From NCBI GenBank assembly GCA_963662275.1, contig OY759316.1, positions 3,296,001 through 3,360,000 of the forward strand: DNA of 64,000 nucleotides, read 5' to 3'. The DNA is from Candidatus Cloacimonadales bacterium (GTDB lineage: Bacteria; Cloacimonadota; Cloacimonadia; Cloacimonadales; DAONDQ01). A program made the translations under genes and the position numbers. The notes beneath the pieces were generated by a model, which was not told the origin of the DNA, made no database searches, and saw only the letters and a list, made by a program, of their open reading frames with translations. Shown piece after piece: positions 9,351 to 17,556 of this stretch (the first letter of the stretch is position 1; each line of letters starts with the position of its first letter).

Positions 9351-9419
9351 AGAACAGACACGCTTCTTAAAAAGCGCAGTGAATCGGGAGGGTTTACTAC
9401 CGCAAAACCCTACTCTGCA
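9348..9419. ncRNA. candidate structured RNA (three-stem junction, possible pseudoknot); family not recognised
   Basis: Closing stem TGCAGA/TCTGCA encloses two hairpins, CGCTT-N6-AAGCG and AGGGTTT-N9-AAACCCT. It lies in the 5' leader of the 7708-9288 gene. Confidence 0.35.
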
Positions 9420-9448
9420 ATTTTTAATTCTTACTTTTTAATTCTTAA

Positions 9449-9949
9449 TTAGAATTTTAACTCCAGCCCTATCTTCTCATCCTCATATTTCAGATGGATT
9501 TCTTTCCGTTTCTTGTCAAAATTATAGAGATCAGCATCCACATAGGCATCGATAATTGATAAAAAAACAGTAGCTCCAATCCAAAAATAATCACTTTGTC
9601 TTCGATTATAATTAAGTTGATACTCACCCTGATAAAAGGAATAATTCCCGGATGCAGCATTATTCGCTTTATCATAATAATAATTTATCTGATTTGTATG
9701 ATAGATTGCCAAGCCTACAAAGGTTGCTTCCGATGCTAAAAAAACCGCAGATTTTACATAAGCATGATTGTAAAATTGCCCCCCCCCGGGAAGAGCGGCA
9801 GATAGCAATCCTGCTTTTAATGAACTGCGACCGGTATCGAAGGCAGACAGAGGGATAGAAAGAGTCATGAGCAGTATTAAAATAATGAGAATATGCAAAC
9901 CAGAAGATTGGAATCTTATGCCACGTATGAAAGCCAGAAAATAACGCAT
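9449..9949 (-). CDS. DUF5683-like membrane or exported protein (true start may be downstream)
   Basis: Motifs KAGLLSAALPGGGQFYN and SIIDAYVDADLYNFD. Confidence 0.7.
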   Translation of the reverse strand: MRYFLAFIRGIRFQSSGLHILIILILLMTLSIPLSAFDTGRSSLKAGLLSAALPGGGQFYNHAYVKSAVFLASEATFVGLAIYHTNQINYYYDKANNAASGNYSFYQGEYQLNYNRRQSDYFWIGATVFLSIIDAYVDADLYNFDKKRKEIHLKYEDEKIGLELKF

Positions 9950-9950
9950 A

Positions 9951-10898
9951 TTAATTTACCTTCAGAAGTTCGCGTAAACTTAATAAAAAGAGTGGGATCA
10001 TAATCTCGTGATGCCCAACAAAATAATATCCTTTTCCTCCAGTCATCGTGGGACGATCAACAATATTCGTTTGTGGACGATATTGCATATTCATATCGAA
10101 AACTGCTGTATAAAAATCTTTTAATGGATAGCCCAAGTTCCTGGTCACGGTGATAGCTTTCAAAAATACTTCCGGCAGAATAACAGCAGAACCAAAATTG
10201 AGGAAAACACCTCCATCATTGAGCGCAATTAAAGAATTACAGAAAATACGGAAATCACGCAGGGAACAGTCACCAATTGCTTTTCCATTAGCTGAAGCAT
10301 GTTGGTGTATGATATCTGTGCCAATGGCAACATGAACAGTAAATGGAATTTGTTTTGAATACGCTGCCGATAATAAGGATAATTTTTTAAATGGAGCATT
10401 GGATTCACTGATGGCTTTTCCGACTGACTCTCCATAACCAAGCTCTTGTGCAGAACCATTCGAAATAATTGTATTAATGCCATCTCCTGTTTCGATAGAC
10501 ATACCAAATGATCCATCAGCCAAAGCAATGGCAACATCCTCAGATGTATTCCCAAAATTAGCAATTTCATAATCATGGATGACAACTGAATTGTTGGACG
10601 CAATTCCTTTGATAACTCCCATATTAATTAAGTCAATCAGCAGCGGGGCAAGCCCGCATTTGATAACATGCCCACCCACTCCTATGAGGATTGGTTTCCC
10701 TTTCTTTACGGCATTCACACAATGATCCAGTAATTCTTGCATGTCGGCAGCTTTGAGGATTTGGGGAACACATTTCCAGAATGAAGCTAAATCAGTATGA
10801 TAAACTTGAGCGAATTCTGCCTCATTCACTTTTGAGGTTCTATCCATGATAGAATATCTTTTTAAATGACTGAGATCTATCTCATTAAATTGACTCAT
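9951..10898 (-). CDS. conserved hypothetical protein, deoxyhypusine-synthase-like (DHS/NAD-binding fold)
   Basis: Motifs GGHVIKCGL, LGYGESVG, TVHVAIGTDIIHQH, NFGSAVILPEVFLKA and YFVGHHEIMIPL. Confidence 0.55.
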   Translation of the reverse strand: MSQFNEIDLSHLKRYSIMDRTSKVNEAEFAQVYHTDLASFWKCVPQILKAADMQELLDHCVNAVKKGKPILIGVGGHVIKCGLAPLLIDLINMGVIKGIASNNSVVIHDYEIANFGNTSEDVAIALADGSFGMSIETGDGINTIISNGSAQELGYGESVGKAISESNAPFKKLSLLSAAYSKQIPFTVHVAIGTDIIHQHASANGKAIGDCSLRDFRIFCNSLIALNDGGVFLNFGSAVILPEVFLKAITVTRNLGYPLKDFYTAVFDMNMQYRPQTNIVDRPTMTGGKGYYFVGHHEIMIPLFLLSLRELLKVN

Positions 10899-11149
10899 TC
10901 AATATCCTTTTGCTATATATCATGTTAAAAAACTTTTTATATATTGCAGCAGGCTGTCAAGGATATTGTGTTGAACGCTATTTATTAGATAGACTATGCA
11001 CTCCTCCAGGTAATATCATGAAGAATCTATTACTGATCAAGTTACAAATCATAGCAATTCCTGTAAGGAATGGATAAAATAATACTTGCCAGAACAAAGG
11101 CTCCCTTTAGGTTGTCGCAAGTTTCTAAAAATATATAGATTAGGAGGTT

Positions 11150-11449
11150 ATGATGTCCGAGAAAAAGAAGAAAGATGAATGCGGTTGTGGACATGATCAT
11201 GGTGTAGAAGATATGCAAACGATCGTCATGACAAATGATGACGGTACGGAAATGGAGTTTGATATTCTTGGAACTTTAGAACATAAAGCCAAGAAATATA
11301 TTGCTCTTCTTCCTCGTAATTTCATGGTTTATGAATATAAAGATAAAGGTGAGGGCATGGAACTTATCGATATCGAAGATGAAAAGATCATGGAAGAAAT
11401 CGGGACTAAATTCGAAGCTATGTTATGTTGTGAAGAAGAAACTGAATAA
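11150..11449 (+). CDS. DUF1292 domain protein
   Basis: IVMTNDDGTEMEFDILGTLEHKAKKYIALLP...LIDIEDE; N-terminal CGCGHDH; AGGAGG RBS. Confidence 0.75.
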   Translation: MMSEKKKKDECGCGHDHGVEDMQTIVMTNDDGTEMEFDILGTLEHKAKKYIALLPRNFMVYEYKDKGEGMELIDIEDEKIMEEIGTKFEAMLCCEEETE

Positions 11450-11472
11450 TAAACCGCATACCTAAATAGATT

Positions 11473-11504
11473 AACCGCAACTCTCAAGGTTGCGGTTTTT
11501 TTTT
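11473..11504 (+). terminator. intrinsic terminator
   Basis: Hairpin AACCGCAAC...GTTGCGGTT followed by a T-run, between convergent genes. Confidence 0.8.
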
Positions 11505-11519
11505 GGGTGCATAAGTTGT

Positions 11520-13901
11520 TTATAATAAACTGACAGGATCTATATCGATTGCCATCTTAATGGAGGCAGGTAATTTCATCATTAGTCTCAAACGTTCTAC
11601 AGCTTCAGAAAGAATACTGACATTTTGTGCCTTCAAGATCAGGTGGTATCTGAATTTGTTCTGGAGTTTGGTGATGGGAGCAGGGACAGGACCTAAAATA
11701 AATAGTCGTTTATCCGGAAATCTCTTTTGCAGGCTGGAACTGATCTTTCGTATTAATTCCAGGTTCGTATGAAGAATCTGCTCATCTTCTCCAGTAAATA
11801 GTACTCTACCTAATCTATAATATGGCGGATAATGAAGTTGCTCCCTAAATCCAAGTTCTTTTTCTGCGAAAGCCCTGAAATTGTGATTCCTGGCATACTG
11901 AATGGCATAATTATCCGGATTAAATGTTTGGATAATTACTTCTCCTTCCTTATCTCCCCTACCCGATCGACCTGCAACTTGCGTCAGAATCTGGAAGGTT
12001 TTTTCACCTGCTCGGAAATCAGGAACACTCAAGGAAAGATCTGCAAGAATCACTCCCACTAGTGTCACATTCGGAAAGTCTAAACCTTTTGATATCATTT
12101 GAGTGCCGAATAATATATCTACTTCATTCAAGCGCATCGCATTGAACATATAAGAATAACTATCTTTTTTGGTGGTGGTATCAGAATCCATTCTTAAAAT
12201 ACGGGCAGTTGGAAAATATGTACGAAGCTGTTGCTCCACTTTCTGTGTTCCGGCAATACCAAAAGTGAATGTATGATTTCCACATTTTGGACATTTTCTC
12301 GGGAGAGCAGACTGGTATCCGCAATAGTGACAGAGGAGGTTTTCAGTATGCCTATGATAAAACAGGCTGACATCACAATCCGGGCATTCCAGCAATTCAC
12401 CGCATTTCTGGCATTGCACAAAGGAGGCATATCCCCTACGATTCTGTAATAAAATGACCTGTTCTTTCCTGTCTAACCGATCTTGTATCTTTTGTAGTAA
12501 TTGATCAGAAAACAATGCTTCCTTGGCTGAATCACGCATATCCACAATTTGGACTTTAGGTAAAATTGCTGTAATCGGTCTGTTTTCCAAAATAAGAAGT
12601 TTATATCTATTCTTCTGAACATTGTACCAGCTTTCCAGGGAAGGAGTAGCACTTCCCAAAACAACGACAGCATCATTGTATTTTGCTCTTAGTATAGCTA
12701 CATCCCGGGCATTATACCTTGGTGACTGTTCCTGCTTATAGCTATTTTCGTGCTCCTCATCTACGATGATCATCCCGACATCCGATAAAGGTGCAAATAC
12801 AGCGCTCCTGGCACCGATAACAATCCTGCTTTTCCCTGAATAAATATCCTTCCATTGTTCAAAACGTTCCCGTTCACTCAATTGACTATGGAGAATTGCA
12901 ATCTGTGCTCCAAAAGCCCGATAGAAACGATCAACCATCTGTGGTGTCAGTGATATCTCAGGAATCAGCATAAGCACATTTTTTTTCATTGTAAGGCATG
13001 TTTCTATGCAGCGAATGTAGACTTCTGTTTTACCGCTTCCAGTAATACCGAAGAGGAGATAAATCTCATTTGTTCCCAAGCTGGAGCGAATCGTCTCAAC
13101 TGCATTCTTTTGTTCATTTGAAAGATTAAGAACTAATCGAGGTTGTTTTTCTTTTGGCAGCAATTCATTTCTTATTTCCATCTCACGCGGTTCTATGTGA
13201 AGTAAACCCTTTTTCGCTAGAGCATGAATGATCGAATAACTAAAAGCATCTGCCACCTCCGCCATGGGAAAATCATTTCCAATTGAGTGAAAAAAGTTGT
13301 ATGCTTCTTCTTGCTTGCCAGTTAATGAAGGCATTTCATCAACATGTTCCAAGACAATATAGTTAGCTTTCTTGGGTTTAATGCGTTCATCATAATTTCT
13401 TTTTACCTGGATAATATTCTCATATTCTGCATCTTCCAATATCTTGAAAAAAGTATCACCCTTATAGCGATCATGAATTTCCGTCATTTTGAACCAATCA
13501 TCATGATCAAAGCAAAGCAGTAATTTGCTGTATTTAGGATTATGATCAATTTTATCCGTTTTTCGAATCCTGGTGATAATATCTAAATGAAGCGCTGCCG
13601 GTAAAAGAGCAAAGATCGCTTTACCTGGTTCACAATGATAGTATTTAGCCATCCAGATAGCTAGTTTGATCAAATCCGGTTTTAGAATAGGCTCATCATC
13701 GACGATTTCGGAAATGTATTTGTATTTTATTCTGGTATCAATTTCTGAAGCAGCTAATTCAATACCTACAATACCTGTTTTCAACATACGATTAAAATGA
13801 ACGATAACACGAATACCTGTCTTCAGTACATGTTCTGAAATATAGGTGTAGGGTTGATCAACATCTATATTTAAGAAAACCTGGTAATAGTATTTTTTCA
13901 T
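11520..13901 (-). CDS. priA: primosomal protein N' (replication restart helicase)
   Basis: GITGSGKTEVY, DEEH, LGSATPSLES, a four-CxxC Cys-rich region, GTQMISKGLDFPNV and QVAGRSGR. Confidence 0.97.
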   Translation of the reverse strand: MKKYYYQVFLNIDVDQPYTYISEHVLKTGIRVIVHFNRMLKTGIVGIELAASEIDTRIKYKYISEIVDDEPILKPDLIKLAIWMAKYYHCEPGKAIFALLPAALHLDIITRIRKTDKIDHNPKYSKLLLCFDHDDWFKMTEIHDRYKGDTFFKILEDAEYENIIQVKRNYDERIKPKKANYIVLEHVDEMPSLTGKQEEAYNFFHSIGNDFPMAEVADAFSYSIIHALAKKGLLHIEPREMEIRNELLPKEKQPRLVLNLSNEQKNAVETIRSSLGTNEIYLLFGITGSGKTEVYIRCIETCLTMKKNVLMLIPEISLTPQMVDRFYRAFGAQIAILHSQLSERERFEQWKDIYSGKSRIVIGARSAVFAPLSDVGMIIVDEEHENSYKQEQSPRYNARDVAILRAKYNDAVVVLGSATPSLESWYNVQKNRYKLLILENRPITAILPKVQIVDMRDSAKEALFSDQLLQKIQDRLDRKEQVILLQNRRGYASFVQCQKCGELLECPDCDVSLFYHRHTENLLCHYCGYQSALPRKCPKCGNHTFTFGIAGTQKVEQQLRTYFPTARILRMDSDTTTKKDSYSYMFNAMRLNEVDILFGTQMISKGLDFPNVTLVGVILADLSLSVPDFRAGEKTFQILTQVAGRSGRGDKEGEVIIQTFNPDNYAIQYARNHNFRAFAEKELGFREQLHYPPYYRLGRVLFTGEDEQILHTNLELIRKISSSLQKRFPDKRLFILGPVPAPITKLQNKFRYHLILKAQNVSILSEAVERLRLMMKLPASIKMAIDIDPVSLL

Positions 13902-13908
13902 AAGATAT

Positions 13909-13935
13909 AAAAAAGCCCCCTATACAGGGGGCTTT
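13909..13935 (-). terminator. intrinsic terminator at the end of the Agl-Glt-like operon
   Basis: Hairpin AAAGCCCCCT-ATAC-AGGGGGCTTT with a U6 tail on the minus strand. Confidence 0.75.
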
Positions 13936-13948
13936 AAATCCCTTTTTA

Positions 13949-15430
13949 TCAATTCTTGATAAATTGATAACTGAAGATATAAGTAACTTGTTTATTAACC
14001 GGTATCTTCCACTTCATAATGACTGCTTGCGCCTTTTGCAGGAAAGAATCCGTAAAATAACTACCTGCTTTCGGTTTTATTTCAACACCGGCAATTGCAC
14101 CACCTTCATTGATATATATAGTGAATTCAAGAGCACCATACATATCACGAATCTGTGATTCTGTAATAAAAAGATTCTGAAGTTGCGGTTTGTAAGTAGA
14201 AACATAATTGCGTACATTGCCTAACTCAGCTTTAACAGCCGGTGAACTTGAGGCAATTTCTGTTTCCTTCACTGCTACAATACCAGCAGAAACGAATCGA
14301 CTGCGAACCGCACCAATCTGAGAACTTGAAACGATTCTCTGGGCTTGTATCTTTCCAGTCTTTCCACCAAGAGCAGATGCATCGATTTCTTTATAACCAC
14401 GCGCTCCGGCAACATTAATATTTCCTTTGAAGAGTTCTCCAACATTCTGTGCACTTCTGCTACCTGTGGGAGCTACATTGAAGGCAGAGGCTGCACGGCT
14501 TCCACCACCGGCAGTTCCTGGACCAGGACCAACGCCACCTTTTCCTTTTCCACCACCACCGCCACCGCCTAGACCTTGGGCAACAAGATCACGTTCTGTT
14601 GTGACAGCAATAACTCTGGCAGAGCGGGTTTCACCAGAAGATTGTGTGGCACCCGGATTAAAACCAAACTTGCTTTCAATAGCACCAGAATTGACGTCAG
14701 TACTTTTTGTTTGCTTACCCTGGGAAGCAGCATCCTTTTTTGCATTCGCAGCAGCTTCAGCGGCAGCTTTTGCAGCGGCTTCAGCAGCAGCTCCAGCATT
14801 CTCAGCTTCCGTACTCTTTTCTACCGTCTTCTGGACTTCTGCTGTAACATATTGTGCCATTTTCTGGGAAGCTTCTAAACGATTTTGCAGAGTGTTTTCA
14901 ATGACCTGGGGTTTGTAAAACATATTAAACAACAACATGCCAGCAACTGTAAAGATCACACCGGCAACTAAAAGGTTCCTGGAGAATCTTGCTTCTGCTG
15001 TCGTTTCAGTTTTATGAGAAAGCTGACTGATCACCTGCCTTTGTTCAGCAGTAAATTCTATTTTGTATGGTACTTGAAATTCATAGGCGATTTCCCAATT
15101 CTGTGAAAAGCTGATAGAACCTGTTGTATCTGGTGCTAATGTCAATTGACTTCCACTGATTAATTGAGCCTGCTTCAGTTTGCTGGAATCAAGGACTTGA
15201 TCACCTTTACGAACACTAACTTCCATACCTTGATGAAGATTTAGAACAAATTTATCATTTTCACATTGTACTAAAAGGAATTTATCTGGGAAATTTGGAT
15301 CTAGAATCTGCCAAAACAAGTTTTTATTACTTCCGATATAGAAGCTTTTCAAGAAGTCTCGTTTATATTTTGCAATATCGAGGTTCTTTCCCTTATAATT
15401 CAATTTGATGTTTAGAACTTTTTCTGCCAT
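13949..15430 (-). CDS. GltG/PglI-like TonB-family energy transducer
   Basis: N-terminal ~150-aa soluble domain, single TM (LLVAGVIFTVAGMLLFNMF), Ala/Lys- and Gly-rich linker, and a C-terminal TonB-C/AgmX-PglI-like domain (VRNYVSTYKPQLQ...GALEFTIYINEGGAI...IMKWKIP...YIFSYQF). It follows exbB-exbD-exbD. Confidence 0.65.
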   Translation of the reverse strand: MAEKVLNIKLNYKGKNLDIAKYKRDFLKSFYIGSNKNLFWQILDPNFPDKFLLVQCENDKFVLNLHQGMEVSVRKGDQVLDSSKLKQAQLISGSQLTLAPDTTGSISFSQNWEIAYEFQVPYKIEFTAEQRQVISQLSHKTETTAEARFSRNLLVAGVIFTVAGMLLFNMFYKPQVIENTLQNRLEASQKMAQYVTAEVQKTVEKSTEAENAGAAAEAAAKAAAEAAANAKKDAASQGKQTKSTDVNSGAIESKFGFNPGATQSSGETRSARVIAVTTERDLVAQGLGGGGGGGKGKGGVGPGPGTAGGGSRAASAFNVAPTGSRSAQNVGELFKGNINVAGARGYKEIDASALGGKTGKIQAQRIVSSSQIGAVRSRFVSAGIVAVKETEIASSSPAVKAELGNVRNYVSTYKPQLQNLFITESQIRDMYGALEFTIYINEGGAIAGVEIKPKAGSYFTDSFLQKAQAVIMKWKIPVNKQVTYIFSYQFIKN

Positions 15431-15438
15431 AGAACCCC

Positions 15439-15978
15439 CTACAGTTTCAAGACTTTGTCTTTGATGTCGCCTTTTAGAGTGGAGAAATAGATACTAGTAA
15501 AACGCGAGGCGACACTGACGTTAACGATTTCTGTAATATAGTTACACAGAACTGTATCATCTGCCTGTATCATTAATACAGGCACTGCTTTGGGATTATT
15601 AGCCATGATTTTTGATGCTTGATCAGTCAGGAATGACAATATATTCTGACGAGTCTTTTCATTGGTTATAAGATCTTCCAGACTCCCTACATTAATGTTA
15701 TCAGAACCAAGAAGAATTTTATCAGGATATACTTTCAAAATCACTGTATCAGCATCTTTCTGTAAATCTTCAACGTTCATAGTCGTAGGAAATTTCATAT
15801 TGGGAGGAACGGAAACCCTTTGAACTTCCATTGATACATTTTTTATTAGAAAGACCAGGAGAATAGTCAAAACATCCGTCAATGATGTGATATTCAATTT
15901 GGGTGCTTTTGCGACCTTTCTCCGGACTTTGCGGTTTGTATCATGTCTGTTAATTCGTTTTTTTGCAGTATAACTCAT
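15439..15978 (-). CDS. exbD: ExbD/TolR-family protein (AglS-like)
   Basis: TM LNITSLTDVLTILLVFLIK with conserved Asp35; periplasmic VLMIQADDTV motif. Confidence 0.8.
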   Translation of the reverse strand: MSYTAKKRINRHDTNRKVRRKVAKAPKLNITSLTDVLTILLVFLIKNVSMEVQRVSVPPNMKFPTTMNVEDLQKDADTVILKVYPDKILLGSDNINVGSLEDLITNEKTRQNILSFLTDQASKIMANNPKAVPVLMIQADDTVLCNYITEIVNVSVASRFTSIYFSTLKGDIKDKVLKL

Positions 15979-15987
15979 GACATCATC

Positions 15988-16500
15988 CTAGTTGGTTGCT
16001 TCGTAAAATCTTGTTTCAGGAGTTGAATATGTAACATTCGGAAATCCATCGATTTTACACACATCAATAGACCTGACTAATGTTTCATATGTTACGTCGG
16101 GGTATGGAACAACCTTGATATTAAATAAATTAGGATTCCTGTTCTTCAAACTTGTGATAGCTTCGTCCAATGCGATGAAATCATATTTCTTTTGTCCATT
16201 AACAACAGATGTCGGTATGGTAATTGAACCACTACCCTCTTCCTCAATGACAAACCTGTTGTTGTAGAGAACTACTTTTACCACTTTTATTTTCTCACCG
16301 CTTGATCCGGCACCTGTACCACCGCCACCACCACCTGAATTGCCAGTCAAGTTCAGTGAGATATAAGATAGCTGGACGGTTACAAGCATCGTCAGAAGCA
16401 TTGGAATAAGTACAATGAAAAGATTCATAATAGGGGTCATATCAAGTGGGTCCATCCCAGACATCTTAGTATTTCGACCTTTCGATGGGGAGAATGCCAT
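15988..16500 (-). CDS. exbD: ExbD/TolR-family protein (AglQ-like position), Asn at the conserved Asp site
   Basis: TM LDMTPIMNLFIVLIPMLL; C-terminal PYPDVTYETLVRSIDV...GFPNV. Confidence 0.75.
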   Translation of the reverse strand: MAFSPSKGRNTKMSGMDPLDMTPIMNLFIVLIPMLLTMLVTVQLSYISLNLTGNSGGGGGGTGAGSSGEKIKVVKVVLYNNRFVIEEEGSGSITIPTSVVNGQKKYDFIALDEAITSLKNRNPNLFNIKVVPYPDVTYETLVRSIDVCKIDGFPNVTYSTPETRFYEATN

Positions 16501-16503
16501 GAT

Positions 16504-17268
16504 TTAATCCTTAATCGTGTTATTGATTTGGTTGATCATTTTAACACTATATTCATCAATTCCATTGATTACTCTTTCTGCAGTACTTTGCAGATAAATA
16601 CGCAGGAATTGGATTGGTATTGCAACGATTAATCCGAGAGCTGTCGTTCCCATAGCAGTCTTGATACCCATGGTCAACAAACGTGACTGATCAACTGGTG
16701 CAGCCGTAGCTAATGCATTGAAAGAACCAATCAATCCCCAAACCGTTCCCAGAAGACCTAACAGCATAGCTATCTGGGCAAACAAATCGAGCCAGAACAA
16801 ACCTGAATCGATGCCAGGAATTGTTTGAAGAGAAGCTTCATCAAAGGCATTTTGTACAGAATCTCTCAATTCTTGTCCTTTCTTTCCTGCTTTGCGTGTA
16901 TCACGAAATATGGAGAATCCACTCCAGAAAATAAAACCTAAGGTAGTCTTTCTAAAACTGTCGCAAATCTTAATAGCTTCATCAATTTCATCATTTTTAA
17001 CATAGCCTTTCAATTTAAGATAGAGTTTTCCAGCATCTACCTTTTCCAGGACTAATATCCGCCGTACCTTAATAAATCCGAATACGATTGAGAGAGCTAA
17101 CATGCCTAAAATCAAGATTCCAAAGGTAAGACCGCTATCATGTATGACTCCCCAAATTGTAGTGCCGCCAGATGCCTGTTTGGCAGCTTCTTTTGCAGCT
17201 TCCTGGGCAAAGGCAAATCCTGCTGTTGCTAGCAGAGATATCATAAAACCGATTTTTTTAGTATTCAT
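16504..17268 (-). CDS. exbB: MotA/TolQ/ExbB proton channel protein (AglR-like)
   Basis: Motifs IAMLLGLLGTVWGLIGSF and GIKTAMGTTALGLIVAIP; N-terminal signal-like extension. Confidence 0.88.
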   Translation of the reverse strand: MNTKKIGFMISLLATAGFAFAQEAAKEAAKQASGGTTIWGVIHDSGLTFGILILGMLALSIVFGFIKVRRILVLEKVDAGKLYLKLKGYVKNDEIDEAIKICDSFRKTTLGFIFWSGFSIFRDTRKAGKKGQELRDSVQNAFDEASLQTIPGIDSGLFWLDLFAQIAMLLGLLGTVWGLIGSFNALATAAPVDQSRLLTMGIKTAMGTTALGLIVAIPIQFLRIYLQSTAERVINGIDEYSVKMINQINNTIKD

Positions 17269-17289
17269 AATAACCTATTCCTCCATTGT

Positions 17290-17556
17290 TTATTTATATA
17301 GCATTTTATTGGATTTCACTAATTTCTCAAGTAGGAAGTTTTTAAAATCATCCGATACTTCCGTCTTTTTGCGACCCATATAAGCACTAGTATCTGGTAC
17401 TCTCATGGTTGCACGGACATCTTCTGTTGTTTCTTCCTTGAGTACTTTTACATTGTCTGCTTCAAATTTCTTCTTAACATCGGTTGCTTCCTGGCAGAAA
17501 ATGTATGTCATGGAAAAGCATAAAACCAAACTTAATAAAAAAGTTCTAATTTTCAT
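17290..17556 (-). CDS. small secreted protein, GltF/CglF-like (88 aa)
   Basis: ATG at 17556 follows a GGGGA RBS and overlaps the upstream gene's end. Signal peptide MKIRTFLLSLVLCFSMTYIFC; C-terminal half ...VPDTSAYMGRKKTEVSDDFKNFLLEKLVKS. Confidence 0.55.
   Translation of the reverse strand: MKIRTFLLSLVLCFSMTYIFCQEATDVKKKFEADNVKVLKEETTEDVRATMRVPDTSAYMGRKKTEVSDDFKNFLLEKLVKSNKMLYK

Noticed and set aside
9348..9419. THF riboswitch (GCAGAGTAG start) or tRNA
   Set aside because: It lacks the remaining THF consensus and has no cloverleaf or TTC loop; kept only as an unclassified RNA candidate.
14427..14918. Pro/Ala-rich plus-strand ORF
   Set aside because: Antisense shadow of the Gly/Ala-rich linker in the TonB-like gene.
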